Shown here piece by piece: positions 1-14,346 of a stretch of DNA of 64,000 bases. The number at the start of each line of letters is the position of its first letter. Position 1 is the first letter of the stretch. This DNA comes from Malacoraja senta (lineage: Eukaryota), in assembly GCA_038087875.1 (NCBI GenBank), contig CM075994.1, positions 2,792,001 to 2,856,000 of the forward strand, in the 5' to 3' direction. The notes below the pieces were generated by a model, which did not search any database, had not been told where the DNA came from, and saw nothing but the letters and a program-made list of their open reading frames with translations. A program made the position numbers and the translations under genes.

Positions 1-174
1 ATCATGTGGATCGTGAATCTCTTGCGGGATACAGTGGGTGTACTTAAGAGAGAAATCTGGAGTGCAAAAGGGGGACATGAGATACTTTTGACGGAGAATC
101 CAAGAATAAAATTTTAGATATTAATATATTACCGTATATTAAAAACAAAAGAGTTACTAGGGAGAGAAAAAAAA

Positions 175-640
175 CCTCTTTTGATATGCTGCATAACCAG
201 TCGCTCAAAACACTTCATTACTATGGGTGTTAGAGCCACTGGTCGAAAGTCATTATGGCAGGCTGGGTTTGGTTTCTTCAGGACAGGGACGATGGTGGCA
301 CTCTTAAGACAGTTGGGCACTACTGCCTGGCTGAGTGAGATGTTAAAAATGTCTGTGAAGACATCTTTCAGTTGCTCGGCGCAGTCTCTTAAAACGCATC
401 CAGGAATGTTGTCCGGCCCTGCAGCTTTGCGTGGGTTGATGCTGGCAAAGGCCTTTTTAACTCCGGCTGCGGACAGCCTGAGCGACTGGTCACTGGGAGA
501 TGGCAGTAGTGCACGTGTCTGGGTGGTGTTTCCAACCTCAAACCGTGCGTAGAACTCGTTCAGTTCATCTGGTAGAGAGGGATCGTTTTGGCATATCCGC
601 AGCGGGGGAAGGGGGGGGGGCTTGTAGTCCGTGATGGTAT
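175..640 (-). mobile_element. Rex1/Babar LINE RT fragment
   Basis: [31 protein letters not shown]. Confidence 0.8.
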
Positions 641-3600
641 GAAATCCATTCGGTTAGGAGAGGAGAGTGTAGCTTTGTGTGGGAAAACAGGACTCATGAA
701 TTTGATTGGGTGTTTTGGGATTCTGGTGATGTGAGACAGCGGCTCTACCAGCTGCGCCACTGTGCCGCCCACCTCACCAATAACTGTCACAGTCTTTTCC
801 CCAGGGTTGGGTGGTCTAAAACTGGAGGCCACAGGTTTGTGAGGGGAACAACTTAAAAGGGACCTTAAGGGGCACCTTGTGAGAGGGAATGGATGCGAAA
901 GAGGGATAACAGAGAACTAGTGTGAACGGATGATCGGTGTGGAATCGGTGGGCTGAAGGGTCTGTTTCCATGCTGTATCTCTAACACTAAAACTGGAGCT
1001 ATGATCTTCATAGCTGTCTTGAGGGCACTACGAGCAAAGGAAACTCCATTGTGGACATGTGGAATATAGAGTTCTTGGCAAGAGTCTTCGCTGAGATGTT
1101 TATTGGAACTGCTGTCACAAATTTCTCACAGAACTTGCAACCTCTACTGACTGGCACCCCTGGGCTGCAGAATGTGCAGAGGGCTCGGAGGGGAGTACAG
1201 CAATGGAAGACTGCACACACAACCTATAATTACTGGCGATGGACACAAAGTGCTGGAGTAGCTAAGTGGGTCAAGCAGCATTTCTGGAAAAAAGGACGGG
1301 TGAAGTTTCGGGTTGGGATCCATCTCCAGTCTGAAGAAGTGTCCCGATCCAAAACGTCACTCGTCTTTTTTCTCCAGGGATGCTGCCTGACGCACTGAGT
1401 TACTCCAGCATGTTGTGCCTATCATTGGTATAAACCAGCATCTGCAGTTCTTTCTGAAAAAGGGTTTCGGCCCGAAACGTTGCCTATTTCCTTCGCTCCA
1501 TAGATGCTGCTGCACCCGCTGAGTTTCTCCAGCATTTTTGTGTACCTTCTGCAGTTCTTTGTTTTTGTAATTACTGGCATTGCCTTCCCAGCTCCCACCC
1601 TCTCCCCCAGGAATGCAGTGAGAATACTGCCTGCAATCTGAGATCTGATCAATGCCTGCTCTCAATTTGTTTTTTTTAGCACCACGTCTCTTGTGAAGTG
1701 GACACATTCCACAGCACTGAAACAAACAGGTGGAGCAAGAAGAATGTGGGGGAGCGGGAGGAGAGTAGGATGCAGAGATACTATTTCAGTTGAATCACAA
1801 GACAAAAAAACCAATGTACTGCAGAAGTACAAGGTGTATTTCTTTTCCCCAAAATAAACTTTTTTTATGTTCAAAAATATAAGAACTGCAAAAACTCCTC
1901 AGACATTCTCCATGTCTACATATTCAATGGTGTCATACTCAGTAGTTCAGTTTGGTTTAGTTCAGTTTAGAGATACAGCATGGAAACAGGCCCTTCTGTC
2001 CACCGAATCCCTGCCGACCAGCGGTCCCCCGCACACTTCTCTATCCTACAGACCAAGGACGATTTACAGAAGCAAATTTATCTACAAACCTGAATGTCTT
2101 TGGAATGTGGGAGGAAACCGAGCACCCAGAGAAAGCCCACACGGTCAAAGGGAAAACATACAATCTCCATGCAGACAGCACCCATAGTCAGTATTGAACT
2201 CGGGTCTCTGGCGCTGTATCCTTGCCACTCATTTGGCCCCCTCAGGTGATGTTCCTTCCCTGTTTGAGGGGTTGCCTCACAATATCAGCAGTGGAAGAAC
2301 CCAAGACTGTGGTCCTACTCCACAGAGCCTTGGCGTTGGCTGCACCAAGTTTCACTGCGTCCCTCAGAATGTACTCCTGCAGTCTGGTGTGGGCCAGTCT
2401 GCAACATTTTCTGACGGACATTAAGTTTCCAATTTGATTTGGGTTTTGGTAAGATACCTTTCCAGCATCAAAAACTGTCCATGTAATTAGTCTCAGTTTC
2501 CGTTGATCCAAGCTAAGGACAAAAAATAATTTATGCCATTTTCTGATGTAGATTGGCAGATGACCAAAGAACACCCAGATTTAACAGAAATAACAGAGGA
2601 ACTTTTACTCACGTTGAATAATTCTTTAGAGGAAGCCGTGGTATCAGGGAATTGGCAGGTGGGTAACGTTATGTGTTGTGGGAACTTTGGAACATAATAT
2701 TGGTAGAAGCAAAGTCATTGATTCATACCGGAAGGAAACAGGCCCTTCAGCACAAATCATCCATGCTGACCAAGATGCCCCATCTAAGCTAGTCCCATTT
2801 GCCCGCATTTGCCCCATATCCCTGAAGGTAAGAGTTGGTTTTGACATCGTGTTTGGCACAGATATTGTGGGCCGAATGGCCTTTTATTGTGCTGTACTGT
2901 TCTATGTTCTATCTCTCTAAACCTTTTCTATCCATGTACCCGTCCAAGTGTCTTTTAAATGTTGTTATTATACGTGACTCAACTCCCTCCTCTGGAAGCT
3001 CATTCCTTACACCACATCCAATATAGAAATAAAAAAATCAATAATGAATATCCTCATGGATTTCAAAAATAATTTTGTTGTTGTACTGAAACATAGCCTG
3101 TTCATTTCCCTCCACAGATGCTGCCTGACCCGCTGAGTTACTTCAGCAATTTGTGTTTTGCTGTCATTCAATAAGATCTTTTCTAATATTTGTCTTCAGC
3201 CCTACATCGCTGCAATGAGCACCTACCCATTGATTTCAAATAATTTTTTTAATTTAAAAAATAAACTTCATTCAGAATTAAAAATATACACAAAACAAAA
3301 TCTCTTCATATGTTCTCTATCAGTTTCACAAAGACAAAAGAGATTGTGCTTGACTTCATGAAGCAAAACGGTACACACATCCCAGTATACATTGATGGCG
3401 CCGAACTAGAGGTGTTCAATACCTTCAAGTTCTTTGGAATAAATATCTCCAGCAATTTGTCCTGGACTAGCCACATTGAAGCAATGACCAAGAAAGCACA
3501 CCAATGCCTCTACTTCCTTAGAAGGCTTAGCAGGTTCAGCATGTCCTCAACAACCCTCACCAACTTCTACAGATGTGCTGTAGAAAGTATTTTGTCGGGA

Positions 3601-3975
3601 TGTATCACAGTATGGTTTGGGAACAGCTCCATTCAAGACTGTAAGAAATTGCAGAGTGTTGTGGACGTAGCCCAGACCATCACACATACTAATCTCCCAT
3701 CCATTGTCTTCATCTATACTTCACGCTGCCTTGGCAAGGTCACCAGCATAATCAAGGATTAGTCTCATCCTGGCCACTCCCTCTTCTTCCCTCTCCCATC
3801 AGGTAAGACGTACAGAAGTTTGAAAATGCATAACTACAGATTCTTGCAAACCTTGACGAAACTACGAAGGAATAGACTTGACAACACCATGAATGAATAA
3901 GGGATGATGAAGTTTTAAAAAGCATAGCTCCAGATTCAGGGACAGTTTCTTCCCGGCTGTTATCAGGCAACTTAA

Positions 3976-4336
3976 AGCCCTGTCCTACGAGGTAATTCAA
4001 GAGTTCTCCCGAGTTTTCCCCTGATTCGAACTCGGAGAATGTACATAGCGGGTCCGTAGGAGTTCGTGGATGTCTCGTAGCGGCTCGTAATGCTAACGGT
4101 AGGTACTCGGAACATCCGGTAACTCGTGACGTTTTTTCATCCCTGCAAAAAATGTCCACGAGTAAAAAAATACTTGTGATGAAAAAAATTGTTACTTTTT
4201 ATACCTACCGTTAGCATTACCAGCCGCTACGAGATATCCACGAACTCCTACGGACCCGCTACAGACATTCTCCGAGTTCGAATCAGGGGACAACTCGGGA
4301 GAACTCTTGAATTACCTCGTACAGTGGACAGGGGCT
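3976..4336. mobile_element. PIF/Harbinger-like MITE
   Basis: ~70-bp imperfect TIRs (AGCCCTGTCC..GAGGTAATTCAAGAGTTCTCCCGAGTT and inverse); TAA TSD at 3973-75 and 4337-39. Confidence 0.82.
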
Positions 4337-4554
4337 TAACTATTCTGTCAACAACTAGAGAGCAGTTCTTACCATCTACCTCATTGGAGACCTTTAACCA
4401 TCTTTAATCAGATTTTACTGGACTTTATCTTGCACTAAATGTTATTCCCTTTATCCTGTATCTGTACATTGCGGACGGCTTGATTGTAATCATGTATAGT
4501 CTTTACTTTGACTGGACAGCATGCAATAGAAAAGCCTTTGACTGTACCTTGGTA

Positions 4555-5404
4555 CAGGGGCGGAAATCCCAGGGGGGACGTCCCCCCCCCCCCCCAGTTT
4601 TGAGAGGTGGGGAACGATCCCCCCCATTTTTTGTAACCTGGTGAAATCTCCGCTTTCCGCGAGACAGTAGAGGTGGAACTTCTGATCGAGGGCGCCAATT
4701 TGACGAGAGAGACGTCGGTCAGCAGGCAAATGGGCGGGACATGATAATTCAGCGCGATCATTGGAGGAGGGAGGTGTCGGTCAGAGGCGGAAGTAGGGGG
4801 GGTGGGACTGAGGATAGAGCGCGGTGACTGGAGGAGGGAAACGTGCCAAAACTCTCTCGGCAGCCCTGGACACAGACCTGCGCCTCATCCGCAGCCAGGA
4901 TCGATCCCGGCTCTCCGGCGCTGCAATCGCTGCCGAACCGCCACTGGACCATCCTCGTCCCCACCCGAGTGCCCCCCCCGGGGGTGGCCAGAGACATCGG
5001 GGTCAGACGGGAGCGGTACCCCCAGGCCCACAGCCAACGCAGAGAAGCAGAGCTAAACCCAGCTCAACTCTGCCTGCCCCGCCAGGTTAACCTACAGCCC
5101 TGCTTGGACTTACGGTAACTACAGCCCAGGTTTACAGCCAGCACGGAGAAGCAGGCTGTAAACAAGCTCCACGACTCCAGGCTGCTGTCCCGTCAGTCCA
5201 GGCAGAGCTGTAGGTTAACCCGGCGAGACAGGCAGAGTTGAGCTGCATTTAGCGCTGGATTGAGCTGAAATTACCGTTCACAGGGCCCATGGCTGAAGCC
5301 TCCGAAGCCTCGCGCTTGTGTGTGAGTGTGCGCATGCCCGCGCGGCCGCCAAGAAATTGTGTCCCCCTGTCCCCCCCATATTTTTATAGCGATTTCTGTG
5401 CCTG
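4555..5404. mobile_element. GC-rich non-autonomous DNA transposon (hAT-like ends)
   Basis: CAGGGGCGGAAATC ... GATTTCTGTGCCTG imperfect TIRs splitting a LINE tail; no clean TSD. Confidence 0.6.
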
Positions 5405-7123
5405 CGAACATGTGACAATAATAACTAAACTGAAACTAATATTCACTAGTCTCATACTCAGTACTGTTTGCACTTATCTTTAAACAAAATACCCCTGCTA
5501 CTCACAGTGATTTCAAATAATGATCAGGGGAAATGCCCCCATCTGATTCCTTTCCCCCTATAGAACCTGGAACTGTTCCAGCTTGTGGGGCTCAGTTACC
5601 CTAACCACGAGGGAGTGTAGAAACAGTTGTTTATTTAAGAGTAACAAATGCTTCGAGCCAGAAATTTCCCTATCAGGTACTTTGTAAATGACCCACTTTG
5701 GCAATGATATTGCAGAGCTCAATAAGCTTTGCTAAAGTGAACTCAGGAAAAGAAGGAGGGAGTAGGCAAAGTTAAGTTGTGTTTCCAGGCTGCCTGTGTT
5801 GTGTTGAATTGCTCAGTGACTAAACCGGTGTATGCGTCCAGGCCCCTCCTCGAGGGGTTTTAAAACACACCTACCCAGTGTACTTTCTGATAAACCTGTC
5901 CGATGACTTTTGAAGTTGATAGAGACAACGGGTGTGGAGCGTCACTGCTCCTGTACACCTGCTACACTGGGAGAAGTAACACCGTGCTGAATGGAGAGTG
6001 AACACACCGAATGATATCTTGTACTTCAGGGCACATTGATTCCACTTCAGTCAGTAACTACTAAAGTATCAAGACATAGCTGGCAGGTGAGCAGTGTTTT
6101 CTTGTGAATGTGCAGAAAAATAGTTGTTTTAAATCTTATCTTAGGACAGTTTTAGTTCTGGCTTGGGCTTAGTACCAGACTGATTGAACCCCTTGTCATT
6201 TGGTGGGATGCCTATAAACTTGCCTAGGTTTATCTATCTGATTCCTCTGCCAAAGTTTGGATGGGGATTTAATATTGCAAATTGAAATGGCGATCTGGCT
6301 CTACAGAAATTATACAAAATGCTGGAGTAACTCAGAAGGTCAGGCAGTATCTCTGGAGAACATGGATAGCCGATGTTTCGGATCGGGACCCTTCTTCAGA
6401 CAGAAATTAGTTAATTGTCAATCGATTTAGATAGAAAGCAAATAATCTTGAAAAAGGGTTCTGACCCAAGATGTCACCTGAAGGTGCTGCCTGCCCGCTG
6501 AGTTACTCCGACACTTTATGTCTTTTTTCTCTAAATAATCCTGTATGTCTTTACTCAGCAATCAGATTTTTGATCTAGATTGCATTACAAAACTACCAAA
6601 GACTGTCAAAATTGTTTTATGGTAGGGTAAATTTCACGCCAAGAGGTCGAGTACTATTAAACTAACAAGTGATGGTATTACTTAGTACAATTGAGTACTT
6701 AAGACAAGTACTTGATACTTTGTTTTTATTTCCTCTTGAGTCTGCCAATTTGATCCTTGTGCATCCTCAGGTAGATGAAGAATGTGTTCTCTAGATATCA
6801 ATGTGTTAGTGACACAAAACATCATAAAGAATTTCACTCTTTACATTTTGAGTGAAATCACAAAAGATTACAAAGCTTACAATTTCGACAGAAAATTACT
6901 ACCTTTGGAAGTAGTGACACTTTTTATGGCATCATAAATGCGCACATTGACAGGTTCTTGATTAGTATCGGTGTCAACGATTATGGGGAGGAGGCAGAAG
7001 AATGGGGTTGAGAGGGAAAGATAGATCAGCCATGATTGAGTAGACTTGATGGGCCAAATGACCTAATTCTGCTCCTATAATTTATGAACTTATGAACAAT
7101 GACCAGAAGTTTAGACCATACGC

Positions 7124-7423
7124 CAAACGCGGCAGAGTTGCTTCCTCACAGCGCAGGAGACCCAGGTTCAATCCTGACTACGGATGCTGTTTGTATGGAG
7201 TTTGTATATTCTCCCTGCGACCACGTAGGTTTTGCCCGGGTGCTCCAGTTTCCTCCCACATTCCAAAGACGTACAGGTCCGTAGGTTAATTGGGTCCAGT
7301 AAAAAAATTGTAAAGTTTCCCTAATGTGTGGTGTGTGCTCATGTAATGGGGATCGCTGGTCGGTGCGGACTCGGTAGGCAGAAGGGCCTGTTTCCGCGCT
7401 GTATCTTTAAACTAAATTAAACT
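7124..7423 (+). mobile_element. tRNA-derived SINE
   Basis: Same family core and tail. Confidence 0.8.
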
Positions 7424-7754
7424 CAGCAGATCTGGCAGCATCTCTGGAGAACATGGATAGGTGATGTTTGGTTTTGAGACAGCGTTTCTGACTCGCTGAA
7501 TTACACTAGCACTTTGTGTCCTCTGCAGTTTCTCATTTCTACATTCTTCTGTACAAATTGGCTAGTTTTGAGATTGAAAAGTTATAGCACCATTAATAAA
7601 ATGTAGTCAAACCAAAAACAACCTGGATAAGTATAGGGGTACTTAAAATTCAGACTTCTGGAATAGGCCAGGAAATAATAAAACCAACCTGAGGGTCAAC
7701 CAATACATGCCATTCCTTTTAATGTTTAACAATAGCACACCTACCCAAAGCAAA

Positions 7755-8267
<513 letters not shown>

Positions 8268-9527
8268 TTAAATCAAGTATTCCTGTTCCATCACCTGGGG
8301 CATATCTTAGCCAGCTGGTCAAGCATGACTGCTTCTTCATCTACATCCATGCTTCTTATACGAAACAGGATATTTAGCATAAACTTTCTGACCCCAGAGA
8401 ATAAAAGCAAAGGGAATTGGACTAAGTGGACTTTGGCCAATTATCTTGATGGATGAGTATGGGAAAGCCCTAGAGAGTGCTGAAGGACCATAAATGGATT
8501 GATTGTAATCATGTATTGTCTTTCTGCTGACTGGTTAGCACACAACAAAAGCTTTTCACTGTACCTCGGTGCACATGACAATAAACTAAACTGAGCTGAA
8601 CTCAGCAGGTCAGGCAATATCTGTAGAGAAAATGGACAGGCGACGTTTTGGGTTGGGACCCTTCTTCAGACCCGAAGGGTCTGCCCTGCTACCTGCAAAC
8701 TGCCTTTCCAATGTATATACGTAACTATAGATATACGTGAGAGAGGGCACTTTGTGGGACAGATGGAGAATGACTTTGATAATTAAATAGTTTTCTTACT
8801 GGTTTGGCAAGTAACAGCATTGGTCAGGACACAACCTTTGCCTGAAGTGCTGAATGCCCTTCTGCAATTTGGTTCCATATAGGTGCACATTGCCTGCTAT
8901 TGACAACAGGAAATCTCTTCTCCATATCTTTTGTTTCATAACAATTGTAGCCTCCTAACGATATTAGCTTTAACAATAACAAAGTCATAATTGGATTTTA
9001 ATTGGAATTAGTATTGGTTTATTAACAGGCCCTTTGGTCCAACTTGTCCACACTGACCAACATGCCCCATCTACACTAGTCCCATCTGCCTGCATTTGGC
9101 CCATATTCCTCTAAACCTGTCTTATCCATGTACCTGTCTAAATACTTAAACATTGCAACTATCCCTGCCTCAACTACCTTCTCCAGCAGCTTGTTCCATA
9201 CACCCACCATGCTTTGTGTGAAAAAGTTACCCCTACAGATTCCTACAGAGAAAATGCAGATTAAAAAGTGCATGTTACAATAAGTGTGTGCGCCGTAATG
9301 AGGTAGATTGGGAGGTCAAGAATTCACCCTTAGCTTATGAAAGACCCATTCAAGAGTCTGATAAAAGTGGGAAAGAAGTTGTTCTTGAATCTGGAGGTAT
9401 GTGTCATCACACTTTTGTATCTTTTGCCCAATGGGAGAGGGGAGAAGAACCAATGACCAAGATGGGATTGGTTCTTGATTATGTTGCCTGCTTTCCTGAG
9501 GCAGCAAGAAGTGTAGAGGAAGTCTTT

Positions 9528-9830
9528 AGACTTTCAAGATACAGTGTGGAAACAGGCCCTTTGGCACACCGGGTCCGCTCTGACCAGCGATCAGCCCATA
9601 CACTGGCACTCTCCTGCACACTAGGGACAATTTACAATTTTACAGGAGCCAAGTAACCTACAAACCTGTACATCTTTGGAGTGTGTGAGGAAACCAGAGC
9701 ATCTGGAGAAAACTCACGGGGTCACATGGAGAACGTACAAACTCCGTACAGAGAGCACCCATAGTCAGGATCAAACCCGGGTCTCTGGTGCTGTAAGGCA
9801 GAAACTCTACCATTGTGCCACTGTGCCACC
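9528..9830 (-). mobile_element. tRNA-derived SINE
   Basis: Reverse complement of the same family; further copies at ~1943-2220(-), 12997-13232(-), 18097-18375(+), 57729-58950(+, split) and 61300-61495(-). Confidence 0.8.
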
Positions 9831-10779
9831 CCTTTGTGTTTAAAGAAAAGACTGGAGTAACTCAGCAGGTCAGGAAGAATCCCAGGAGAACATGGATAGG
9901 GGATGTTTCAGTTCGGGACCATTCTGGACGTGGCTGCTTTCACAATTCGTTGCAAATTTCTTGCGATCTTGGACAGTGCTGTACCAAACTGTGATGTATC
10001 CAGGTTGTTTCCTGTGGTACATCTGTAGAAATTGGTAGGATTAGTTGGAGACATGCTGAATTTCCTTTGCCTTCTGAGAAAGTAGGCAATGGTGTGGTTT
10101 CTTGGCAGTAAGTGCGGATAATTTTCAGATGGTTTCTTTTGCAAAAAATTCCATTGACATGATCAATCTACAGAAACTGTTGATGCTTTGCCTAATTAGT
10201 GGGAGGGAATATATTGGATAGAAAGCTTTGCCACTGAAGGCAACCAAAACTGGTTAGAAGGGAAGAAACCGAGTTGGAACAAAGGCTGTTTTCAGTGTCG
10301 TTGGTAATAATATCTAATGGAATCCAAACTTCAGGTAACGTCAAGATGAGAGTCATTTCTAATCATCTTGAAAGCCAAAGGAAACTGGAAGATGTGAATA
10401 AGAGAATTGTTAAATGAACAAAAAGTGGCAGATGCCAATTAGATTGCCATCAAAATAGGAAAAACTAATAAGACAAATGTTGTCTGAAATTTGTATTGGT
10501 AAAACACATATTAAACTTTAAGCAGACAACAGTAGGACATGGCACTCCTTAGTCTCACAGAACTGGAAGGGTGCTCAGATAATAGATTGGAAGGTTCCTG
10601 GGATAAAGAAACATACAGTTGTGAGGTAGATTCCATACATCAATAAAAATGAGAACAGAGAATATCAAACAGTAGAGCACAAGAACGGGTCTTTTAGTCC
10701 ACAATATCTGTGCTGAACATGATGACGAGACCACTATTATCTGCCTACACATAACACTCCATTCCCTGTATATCCATAT

Positions 10780-11640
10780 ACCTATCCAAAAGTCTCTTAA
10801 ATATCACTATCGTATCTGTCTCAACCCTAACCCTGGGGAATAAAACTGTGACCGTCCACCTTGTCTATAGCACTCGTAACTTTATAAATCTCAATAAAGT
10901 CACCTTCACTCCAGGAAAAACAGTTCCAGCCTCTCATTATAACTCAAGCCCTCCAGTCCAGGCAATATTCTTATGAATATCTTCTGCACCCACTCTTGCT
11001 TAATCACATCCTTCCAATAATATGGCGACCAGAACTGTATGCAATATTCTAGGTCACACCAACATCTTGTACAGTAGGAACATGACGTCCCAACTTTTGT
11101 ACTCAATGCCCTGTCAAGGCGAGCCTGTCATAAGCCTTCTTCGTCACTCTGTCTACTTGTGTCACCATTTTCAAGGAACTATTTACTTGTATCCCTTTCT
11201 GCTCTGCAGCACTCACCAGGGCCCTATCATTCACTGAGTTTGTCCTGTCCTGGTTTAACTTTCTAAAATTAATCACTTTGCATTTGTCCGAGTTAAATTC
11301 CATTTGCCAAACCTTGTGCCCATTTCCCAGTTGATTTTGATCCTGTTGTAGGCTTAGACAACTTCTTCATGTCCACCACACCTCCAATGATCATTCACAA
11401 ACTGACTTGTCGTATGAGCCACGTTCTCTTACAAATCATCAATATATGACAAAACAACGGTTGATCCAGCAGATCCCTGCGGCATACCGCTGGTCACAGG
11501 CTGGTCACAATCTGAAAAACTTCCCTCCATTAACACCCTTCCACCAAGCTAATTTTGTAACCAATTGGTCAGCTCACCCTGGATCCCAAGTGATCTGGCC
11601 TCCCATGTGGGACCTTGCCAAAGGTCTCGCTAAGGAATGC
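10780..11640 (-). mobile_element. Degraded CR1 LINE
   Basis: MEFNSDKCKV; LEYCIQFWSPY remnants. Confidence 0.7.
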
Positions 11641-13244
11641 TGCGGGTGAAGGCATGAAAACAGTGATGAATCTTTTATAGCACTTAACAAGATCTTGATC
11701 TTGTCACAAGGCAATTTACAGCAATTTTGGAAGTGTAGTCATCATTATGGATAGGACAGGTTTAGAGGGCCAAACATAGGTAGGTGGGACTAATGTAGAT
11801 GGGACACATTGGTGAGTGTGGGCGTTGGGCCGAAGGGCCTGTTTTCACGTTGTATGATTCTATTACTCTATTATAGTAGCCAGTTTCTAAATTGAAAGGG
11901 GTTGCTCATCATTATTCCCTTTTACATCAAATGTAGAAAAGAGAAATGGGGAATAGATAAATAGAATAGATCAGTTTATTTGGAAAGTATGGTTTACATG
12001 CTCAATCCATTTAAGTCTGCAGAGAGGAGTATAATGCCAAAATAAAAAGGTTATAGGATTTGTAGAGTCCATGTACAATATTTACTTTTTAATTGTGCTT
12101 TTTTAAATGTGTTTTTTTTTTCCAAGTCATGATTGATACTGTGAACTATTCTACGTATGTTATAACATAATTATTTGTTAATGAAGGAAATTGAGGATGG
12201 ATTTTGGAAAGATAATTGTTATGATTAATATGATAATTTGTGAGTTGTGAGTCAGTTAAATGATGTTTCTTTTTCTCCACCCTTTGACCACACCTCAACC
12301 TGGTATGTAGTTTGGATTTGCGGCTGGTGGAACAACAGTACAGCTCATAAAACCAACACTGAGCAAGACATGGTCCTGTAACTAATGTGCAAACTTGCCC
12401 TGACCATGGGAACCTTTGGACCTTGGGCTTTCTCGCCTTAATTCTCTGTCTATTGGCTTATGTAAAGGCAGCAAAGTTGAACCTTACCACAAGAAGATAA
12501 GAAATCGGAGCAAGTGGGCCAATTAGCCCTTCGAGTGCTCTCTATTCAATAAGACAGTTCAATAAGAATACTTCAATACCACTTACCGCAGTTTGCCCAT
12601 ATTAAATCCTACAATATTAAATAATCTACTATTTATCTTCCTCTCTCCCTTAAATATGCTCAATGACTGACAATTGACAGTGGGGTACAAAAACATTCGA
12701 AGGATTCACAATCCTATGAGTTAAGACATTTCTCTTCATCACTATGTATTTGGTACCTTATCCTGACACATTCACAGTCACAAAATTAGAGCACAAAGTG
12801 GTGGAGGAACTCAGCGGATGTCAGGTAGCATCTGGGGTGGGAACGGACAGGCAACATTTTGGGTCTTCAGACCTGACCCAAACATTGACTGTGCATTCCC
12901 TCCCCACTGAATTCCTCCATCACTTTGTGTTTTGCTCAAGATTCCAGCATCTGCAGTCTCTTGTGCCTTCATAGAAATACAGAATGTTTTTTTGTTTTAG
13001 AGATACAGCATGGAAACAGGCCATTGAGCCCAACGGGTCCACGCCGACCAGAATCACCCATACACTAGTTCTATCCAACACACAAGGGGCAATTTACAGA
13101 AGGCAATTACCTACAAACCTGCACGTTTTTGTAGTGTGTGAAGAAACTGCAGACAGCACCCGTAGTCAGGATCAAACCCAATTCTCTGGCGCTGTGAGGC
13201 AGCTACTCTATCGCTGTGCCACTGTGCTGCCCCAAAGTTATGGC

Positions 13245-13780
13245 GCAGAAAATCATGTTGGAGCTTTATAGGACTTTGTTTAGGCCACATTTGGAGTATT
13301 GCAAACAGTTCTAGTCACCCAATTACAGGAAGAAGGTGAAGGTTTCGGAAAGGATGCAGAGAAAGTTTACCAGAATGATGCCTGGATGAGCTGCAAGGAG
13401 CAGTTAGACAGACTTGGATTGTTGCGGGGAGGCCTGATAGAAGTATATAAAATTATGAGAGATCTCGACAGGGTAGACAGTCAGAACCTTTATCCCAGGA
13501 TGGAAAAATGAATTACAAGAGGGCATAGTTTTAAGGTGAGAATGCAAAGTTTAAAGGAGTTGCGTGGGGCAAGTTTTTTACATAGAGGGTGGCGAATGCC
13601 TGGATCACGCTGCCAGGTAGTGATGGAGGCAAATAAGATAGTGGCGTTCAAGAGTTTTAGATAGGCACATGGATATGCAGGGAATAGAGGGATATGGATC
13701 ACATGCAGGCAGAGGAGATTAATATAACGACCAAGTACAATATGGACATTGTGGTCTGAATAGACTGTTCCTGCTCTGTT
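13245..13780 (+). mobile_element. Degraded CR1 LINE 3' end
   Basis: LRGGLIEVYKIM; TRGHSFK-type 3' region. Confidence 0.7.
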
Positions 13781-14346
13781 TATTAAAGTTCAGCATGATT
13801 TCCCTGCATTTATACACCAATGTCCTATAGATAAATTGATACTTTTGCAGTCTTTCTCAACCTGTCCTGCCACTGTATTGTCTGGATACCTACCTGCAGG
13901 GGTGGTGGTTGATGGCACTTAAGAGATTTTGGATAGGCACATGGATATGCAGGGAATGGAGAAATATGGATTATGTGCAGGCAGATAAGAGTTGGTCTTA
14001 GATCACGTTCGGCACAACTGAAGGGCCTGTTCTTGTGCTGTACTGTTCTATCTTTTCACCACTGTTGACTTTACCTAGCCTTACTTTAACTTACGAAAAG
14101 TTTCCAGCCTTTAATCTAACACTGACTTTTGTGGCCTGTGGCCCTTTGGAAGCGCTCTTTACATTAAAACACCAAACCTCCAGCCCTGAGCACGATGATC
14201 TAGTTGCCCCTCTGGTGAATAATAGAGTGATTGCCCTTTGGCCCACCAAGATCCCCCAACCTGCGATCACCCCGTATACTAACCTACACACACTAGGGAC
14301 AATTTGTTTTACAATTTACCAAAACCAATTAAACTACGTATCTGTA

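Larger units (their letters stand above)
3311..5435 (+). mobile_element. Rex1/Babar LINE 3' fragment interrupted by two DNA-transposon MITEs
   Basis: KTKEIVLDF..KKAHQCLYFLRRL..FYRCAVESILSGCITVW; tail resumes at 4340-4554 and 5405-5435. Confidence 0.8.

Noticed and set aside
5880..6092. Possible non-coding first exon of the AHNAK-like gene ending at CAG|GTGAGC (6086)
   Set aside because: Only a donor-like motif in repeat-poor DNA; no supporting evidence without transcripts.
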